Source: Neisseria flavescens (GTDB lineage Bacteria; Pseudomonadota; Gammaproteobacteria; Burkholderiales; Neisseriaceae). From it: 32,000 bases of DNA. The stretch's first letter is position 1; each line of letters begins with the position of its first letter. A model generated the notes under the pieces. The model ran no database searches, was not told where the DNA came from, and saw only the letters and a program-made list of their open reading frames with translations. The position numbers and the translations under genes were made by a program. Positions 27,470 to 32,000 of the stretch are shown here, one piece after another. The stretch is from assembly GCF_005221285.1 (NCBI RefSeq), contig NZ_CP039886.1, positions 89,708 through 121,707 of the forward strand, read 5' to 3'.

Positions 27470-27503
27470 AGGCCGTCTGAAAGTGATTTCAGACGGCCTT
27501 TTA
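27470..27503 (+). terminator. Inverted DUS pair terminator between the cassette/Correia region and farA
   Basis: The sequence aggccgtctgaaagtgatttcagacggcctttta. Confidence 0.75.
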
Positions 27504-27538
27504 CTTACCTTATTTACATTTGCTACCGGAAGAAATTA

Positions 27539-27567
27539 TTGTAATGAATAGAGTGTAACTTTAGAAT
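27539..27567 (+). promoter_or_regulatory. Candidate sigma70 promoter for farAB
   Basis: The sequence reads TTGTAA (27539-27544), a 17-nt spacer, then TAGAAT (27562-27567). The small palindrome gcgtt-a-aacgc follows at 27581-27591. The call is a sequence match only. Confidence 0.3.
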
Positions 27568-27675
27568 ATGACCCTTTAGTGCGTTAAACGCGCGTATTGG
27601 GGACTGATGGTATAAGTCAGCACCCAGCAAGACAATAATATCGTTATCATATGTGCAGAATTAAAGTTGGGACTT

Positions 27676-28866
27676 ATGGATACTCAATCAGAAAAAAATA
27701 ATGTCCAAAAAGAACCGGAAGTAGCCGCTTCCGGCGCTAAAACGCATCGCAAACGCAATTTGGTTATCGTTACGCTTCTATTCCTTATTGCGGCAGCAGG
27801 AGTTGCTTTGGCATATTTCCTGTTTTGGCAGCATGAAGAAGAAACGGAAGATGCTTATGTGGCCGGTCATTTGGTGATGATTACGCCGCAGGTGAACGGC
27901 ACGGTGCGCAAAGTCATGTATGACGATACGGATGTCGTGAAAAAAGGCGATGTGTTGGTGGCTTTGGACGACAGCGATTTTCAGTTGGCATACGAACGCG
28001 CGCAAAATGAATTGATTCAGGCCATCCGTCAAAACAAACAGCAAACTGCGGTCAATTCAAAAGCCAAAGCTCAAGTGTTGTTGAGCAAAGCCGATTTGGC
28101 CCGTGCACAAGCCGATTTGCGCCGCCGTGAATCTTTGGCGGGTACGGAAGCGGTTTCCGGCGAAGAACTCAGCCATGCCCGCGACGCTGTGGTTCAGGCT
28201 CAGGCTGCATTAAAAGCGGTTGAAGCAGAAGAAGTTTCTGCTCAGGCAGCGTTGGGCAACAATATTCCTCTGCGCCAACAACCGGCGGTTCAGACGGCCA
28301 TCAGCCACATCAAAGACGCTTGGCTGAATCTGCAACGTACGCAAATCCGTTCGCCGATTAGCGGCCAAATTGCCAAACGCAATGTCCAAGTCGGCCAACG
28401 TATCGTACAAGGTACGCCGATGATGGCCGTTGTGCCTCTGTCCGAATTGTGGGTGGATGCCAACTTTAAAGAATCGCAACTGCGCAAAATGAAAATCGGC
28501 CAGCCTGTTGAAATGACAGCTGATTTGTACGGCAGTAAAGTGGTTTACCATGGCAAGGTAATGGGCTTGTCGGCCGGTACGGGCAGTGCGTTCTCATTAC
28601 TGCCGGCTCAAAATGCAACGGGCAACTGGATTAAAGTTGTGCAACGTGTGCCGGTGCGTATCAGTTTGGATGCTAAAGAATTGCAACAAAATCCGCTCCG
28701 TGTCGGTTTGTCGATGACTGTTAAAGTCGATATTGCCGAGAAGGGCAGCGGTAAAGCCATGACTGCTGAAGCAGAACGAAATACTGCCTTGCCGGAAACG
28801 GAAAGTGTGGATTGGAAAGCCGCCGATGCTTTAGTCGATAAAATCTTCGAGCAATATGCAAAATAA
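27676..28866 (+). CDS. farA: EmrA/FarA-type membrane fusion protein (HlyD family) of an MFS efflux pump
   Basis: The product has an N-terminal TM anchor LVIVTLLFLIAAAGVALAYFLFW followed by ETEDAYVAGHLVMITPQVNGTV. It also has a coiled-coil hairpin region, RSPISGQIAKRNVQVGQ, and NATGNWIKVVQRVPVRI near the C-terminus. All are EmrA-family hallmarks. I prefer the ATG at 27676. Confidence 0.9.
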   Translation: MDTQSEKNNVQKEPEVAASGAKTHRKRNLVIVTLLFLIAAAGVALAYFLFWQHEEETEDAYVAGHLVMITPQVNGTVRKVMYDDTDVVKKGDVLVALDDSDFQLAYERAQNELIQAIRQNKQQTAVNSKAKAQVLLSKADLARAQADLRRRESLAGTEAVSGEELSHARDAVVQAQAALKAVEAEEVSAQAALGNNIPLRQQPAVQTAISHIKDAWLNLQRTQIRSPISGQIAKRNVQVGQRIVQGTPMMAVVPLSELWVDANFKESQLRKMKIGQPVEMTADLYGSKVVYHGKVMGLSAGTGSAFSLLPAQNATGNWIKVVQRVPVRISLDAKELQQNPLRVGLSMTVKVDIAEKGSGKAMTAEAERNTALPETESVDWKAADALVDKIFEQYAK

Positions 28867-28870
28867 TCTT

Positions 28871-28914
28871 TTCAGACGGCCTGAGTCTTTTATTGAAGGC
28901 TCAGGCCGTCTGAA
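28871..28914. repeat. Perfect 15-bp-stem inverted DUS pair between farA and farB
   Basis: The arms are ttcagacggcctgag (28871-28885) and ctcaggccgtctgaa (28900-28914), with a 14-nt loop. Confidence 0.8.
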
Positions 28915-28967
28915 ATATTGATTCTCTTCAATCGACCGCTTTGGCGGTTGTCTTATAGTTTACAAAT

Positions 28968-30494
28968 ATGAATTATCCGCCGTTACAAGGGTTTAAGCTG
29001 GTGTTGGCAACTTTGGCGCTCAGCTTGGCCGTATTCATGGAAGTCTTGGACAGCACCATCGCCAACGTCGCTGTGCCTGTTATTGCAGGGGATTTGGGTG
29101 CGGCTACCACGCAGGGGACTTGGGTGATTACCTCGTTTGCCGTAGCCAATGCCATCTCCGTTCCCTTGACAGGTTTTTTGGCCAAGCGGTTTGGCGAGGT
29201 CAAAATCTTTATCGCCGCTGTGATCGGGTTTGTTGTAATGTCATGGCTGTGTGGCATTGCGCATAATCTTCAAGCCTTGGTTTTTTTTCGTGTATTGCAA
29301 GGCTTTATCGCCGGGCCATTGATTCCCTTGTCCCAAAGCCTGTTGATGGCCTCCTATCCGCCTGAAAAACGAACATTGGCACTGGCATTATGGGCGATGA
29401 CCGTCGTTGTTGCCCCTGTATTGGGGCCGATTTTGGGCGGTTGGATTTCGGACAACTGGCATTGGGGATGGATTTTCTTTATCAATATCCCGATCGGGAT
29501 TTTGTCTGCAACTATTGCTTGGAAGCAGCTTAGACACAGGGAAACTGAAATCGTCAGAGCACCAATCGATTATGTCGGGCTGGTGTTGATGATTGTCGGT
29601 ATCGGCGCATTGCAAATGATGCTTGATAGGGGCAAGGAATTGGACTGGTTTGCCTCGGGAGAGATTATCGTTTTGGGCGTTACCGCTTTAGTGTTCCTAA
29701 CATATTTTATTGTTTGGGAGCTGGGCGAGAAATACCCGATTGTCGATTTGTCATTGTTTAAAAATAGAAACTTCACAATAGGCGTTGTTGCTACATCGTT
29801 GGGCTTCATGGTCTATATGGGCACATTGACCCTGCTGCCTTTGGTGCTGCAATCAAATCTTGGTTATACCGCTACTTGGGCAGGTTTGGCTGCTGCACCG
29901 GTGGGCTTCCTGCCGATTATTCTGTCGCCGATTATCGGTAAGTTCGGGAATCGCGTCGATATGCGGCTGTTTGTCAGCGCCAGCTTCTTGGTGTTTGCCT
30001 ATACATTCCATTGGCGAACCGATTTCTATGCCGGTATGGATATGAGCAACGTCGTTTGGCCGCAGTTTTGGCAGGGTTTAGGCGTAGCCATGTTCTTCCT
30101 GCCTTTGACCAGTATTACCTTGTCGCATATGAAAGGCAACCAAATTGCCTCGGCCAGTAGCTTGTCTAACTTCTTACGAGTCTTTATGGGCGGTGTCGGA
30201 GTATCTGTTGTCAGCACCATGTGGGAACGACGCGAAGCTCTCCACCATACTCAACTGACCGAACATGTTAATTTATTGTCCTCAATCGGCAACCAATCTA
30301 TTCAAGGTATGATGGCTAATGGTCTGAGCAAGGAGCAGGCTTTGGTGGCGATAAATAGCACCATTTCCCAACAAGGCTTTATTATTGGCTCAAATGAAAT
30401 CTTCTTGGCAGGCAGTATTATATTCATCAGTATGATTCCCATTATTTGGCTTGCCAGACCTCCGTTTAGCGGTTCCGGCGGGGGAGGGCATTAG
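28968..30494 (+). CDS. farB: EmrB/FarB-type MFS (DHA2, 14-TMS) drug/fatty-acid efflux transporter
   Basis: The 508-aa product starts LATLALSLAVFMEVLDSTIANVAVPVIAGDLGA. It also has LQGFIAGPLIPLSQSLL, GPILGGWISDNWHWGWIFFINIPIG and multiple hydrophobic segments. Confidence 0.93.
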   Translation: MNYPPLQGFKLVLATLALSLAVFMEVLDSTIANVAVPVIAGDLGAATTQGTWVITSFAVANAISVPLTGFLAKRFGEVKIFIAAVIGFVVMSWLCGIAHNLQALVFFRVLQGFIAGPLIPLSQSLLMASYPPEKRTLALALWAMTVVVAPVLGPILGGWISDNWHWGWIFFINIPIGILSATIAWKQLRHRETEIVRAPIDYVGLVLMIVGIGALQMMLDRGKELDWFASGEIIVLGVTALVFLTYFIVWELGEKYPIVDLSLFKNRNFTIGVVATSLGFMVYMGTLTLLPLVLQSNLGYTATWAGLAAAPVGFLPIILSPIIGKFGNRVDMRLFVSASFLVFAYTFHWRTDFYAGMDMSNVVWPQFWQGLGVAMFFLPLTSITLSHMKGNQIASASSLSNFLRVFMGGVGVSVVSTMWERREALHHTQLTEHVNLLSSIGNQSIQGMMANGLSKEQALVAINSTISQQGFIIGSNEIFLAGSIIFISMIPIIWLARPPFSGSGGGGH

Positions 30495-30496
30495 AT

Positions 30497-30527
30497 AAAA
30501 GGCCGTCTGAATTTCAGACGGCCTTTT
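30497..30527 (+). terminator. Inverted DUS pair terminator after farB
   Basis: The sequence aaaaggccgtctgaatttcagacggcctttt. Confidence 0.85.
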
Positions 30528-30638
30528 ATCTATTAAAAAATTAGAACAGGCAGAAAAGGCGTTAAAAGAAGCGAAACAGCAAAGACTTTCAAAAAAAGAA
30601 CTTAGAACCTGTATTCACAAAAATGATAAAATATCTTT

Positions 30639-30902
30639 ATGACTAGAAAATCCTACCCAACAGACTTAACAGATGCCCAATGGCAAGCGATTGAGCCGCA
30701 TTTTAACCGGCTGCGCCGCTACAAATGGGATAAACGTACATTAGTGAATGCCGTTTTGTACATTACCAAAACAGGTTGCCAATGGCGCATGCTGCCCAAT
30801 GATTTTCCACCTTATCCGACCGTATGGAGTTTCTATCGCAGAGCCAACCAATCAGGCTTATGGGATAGGATTCTTTTGGCATTGGTTCAAAAAAACGTTT
30901 AA
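30639..30902 (+). CDS. IS5-family transposase OrfA (DNA-binding part)
   Basis: The 87-aa product includes LTDAQWQAIEPHF...TGCQWRMLPNDFPPYPTVWSFYRR, typical of the IS5/IS427-group N-terminus. It ends just after an A7 run (30889-30895). Confidence 0.88.
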   Translation: MTRKSYPTDLTDAQWQAIEPHFNRLRRYKWDKRTLVNAVLYITKTGCQWRMLPNDFPPYPTVWSFYRRANQSGLWDRILLALVQKNV

Positions 30903-30919
30903 TCCATCAAAAACAAGCG

Positions 30920-31402
30920 ATGCCGACTTATGCCATTATTGATTCGCAAAGTGTCAAAACAGCTTCCGGCGCACATGATAAAGGTTTTGACGGAGGTAAA
31001 AAAATCAAAGGCCGTAAGCGACATATAGCTGTTGATACGTTGGGTAACCTATTGTCTGTTGTGGTTCATGCAGCCAATATTCATGACACAAAAGCAGGTA
31101 TTTTTGCAGCAAAAAAAGCGTTTGAGACCTATCCGGGTTTAAAAGGTTTCTGTGCAGACGCAGGTTATCGGAATACATTTGAGCGCGAAGTATCGGAGCA
31201 ATTGGGTTTAACTGTTGAGATTTCAAAGAAAATTCAAGATATTTCTTGGCATATTCTGCCCAAACGTTGGATTGTAGAACGAACGTTTGCATGGTTGGGT
31301 TGGTCTCGACGTTTGGCAAAAGATTTTGAGCAGACGAATTTATCTGCTGAAAATTTTGTCAAACTAGGGTATATTTCACAAATATTAAAATTTATCAAAT
31401 AG
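30920..31402 (+). CDS. IS5-family transposase OrfB (DDE catalytic part), probably expressed as an OrfAB fusion by -1 frameshifting
   Basis: The product includes IIDSQSVKT, GKKIKGRKRHIAVDTLGNLL, CADAGY and VERTFAWLGWSRRLAKDFE. This frame is -1 relative to OrfA and stays open back through the slippery A AAA AAC at 30890-30896. Confidence 0.85.
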   Translation: MPTYAIIDSQSVKTASGAHDKGFDGGKKIKGRKRHIAVDTLGNLLSVVVHAANIHDTKAGIFAAKKAFETYPGLKGFCADAGYRNTFEREVSEQLGLTVEISKKIQDISWHILPKRWIVERTFAWLGWSRRLAKDFEQTNLSAENFVKLGYISQILKFIK

Positions 31403-31521
31403 TTGTTTGTGAATACAGGTTCTTAAACCTCTTGAAAGATAAGTACGACATTGGCGCAATAAAATGAATGAAACAGGTGAAAATCATTCTATGAAACATA
31501 AACACTAACAGGAACTATTTT

Positions 31522-31926
31522 ATGACAAGTAAATGGATTTGGTTGCCCAATATAGGTGTAAATGAATTCTTTTTGAATAAAGAATGCTCTAAAGATCTAT
31601 TAATTAAATATAATTTCAATTTAGCATATATTGATAAAGGACTTGCTAATGATGAGTTAGATTTTGAATATATTTCTAACGAATTTGGTATTTCAATTAC
31701 TTTAACAAATGATTTAATCTGTAGTGGGTTTGAAATTCAGAAAAATCTATACTTAAACGACATAAGCATTATTGGCTTACCCATTAATAAATTTATTAAT
31801 ATGATGAAAAATATAAATATTAATGACTTAACTTTAGATTTAAAAGGAGATTTTTATCAATCAGAAAAGTTGAATGCTTTATTTTGGATTGAAGATAATA
31901 TTATTACATCTGTTTCATGTTGGTAA
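31522..31926 (+). CDS. Hypothetical AT-rich orphan protein (134 aa), immunity-protein-like
   Basis: It is a complete ORF with a very AT-rich, Asn/Ile/Leu/Lys-rich composition and no signal peptide or TM segment. Its composition contrasts sharply with the backbone. The function is guessed from context only. Confidence 0.5.
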   Translation: MTSKWIWLPNIGVNEFFLNKECSKDLLIKYNFNLAYIDKGLANDELDFEYISNEFGISITLTNDLICSGFEIQKNLYLNDISIIGLPINKFINMMKNININDLTLDLKGDFYQSEKLNALFWIEDNIITSVSCW

Positions 31927-32000
31927 GATATGCTTATGTTTTATGTTGTTTGGCTTAACTGATATCTTTAGTCGGACAAAGCAAAAATGGTCGTGTCAAT

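Larger units (their letters stand above)
30605..31422 (+). mobile_element. IS5-family (IS427-group-like) insertion sequence, 818 bp, apparently intact
   Basis: It has 17-bp perfect terminal inverted repeats, gaacctgtattcacaaa at 30605-30621 and tttgtgaatacaggttc at 31406-31422. Direct TTA copies flank it on both sides (30602-30604 and 31423-31425). Two overlapping transposase frames lie inside. Confidence 0.88.

Overview
This window looks like chromosomal DNA from a Neisseria species. By my manual count it holds about three dozen exact copies of the 10-mer DNA uptake sequence GCCGTCTGAA/TTCAGACGGC, many of them as inverted pairs that form terminators. It also holds a complete short-form Correia element and a PorB-type porin gene. 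The backbone is housekeeping: dusA (5' part), yciO, pepN, porB, an ilvI-ilvH-ABM-ilvC operon, tRNA-Leu(CAA), an SCO copper chaperone, hisG-nfsA-hisD and tyrA. Four accessory features interrupt it. (1) An IS481-family-like element, whose transposase carries an in-frame TAG, has cut off the 5' end of a YadA-type trimeric autotransporter adhesin gene. (2) A roughly 7-kb filamentous (Nf/MDA-like inovirus) prophage at about 17.25-24.4 kb encodes an HUH Rep, pVIII-like coat, TspB/pIII-like protein and Zot-like ATPase, and ends in an IS110-family DEDD recombinase. A 408-bp hairpin-dense non-coding region precedes the recombinase gene. (3) A MarR / outer-membrane-factor / EmrA(FarA) / EmrB(FarB) efflux locus is split by an uncharacterised two-gene cassette, a Correia element and a DUS-pair terminator. 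(4) An apparently intact IS5-family (IS427-group-like) element with a -1 frameshift site lies next to a very AT-rich immunity-like orphan gene at the window end. ilvI carries a +1 frameshift in an A8 homopolymer. I found no rRNA gene and no CRISPR array. I cannot show that any clearly new multi-gene system is present. The most open questions are the non-coding RNA and attachment-site biology around the IS110-type recombinase and the two-gene cassette at 26.6-27.1 kb. All homology calls rest on recognising motifs in the supplied translations; no database search was run.
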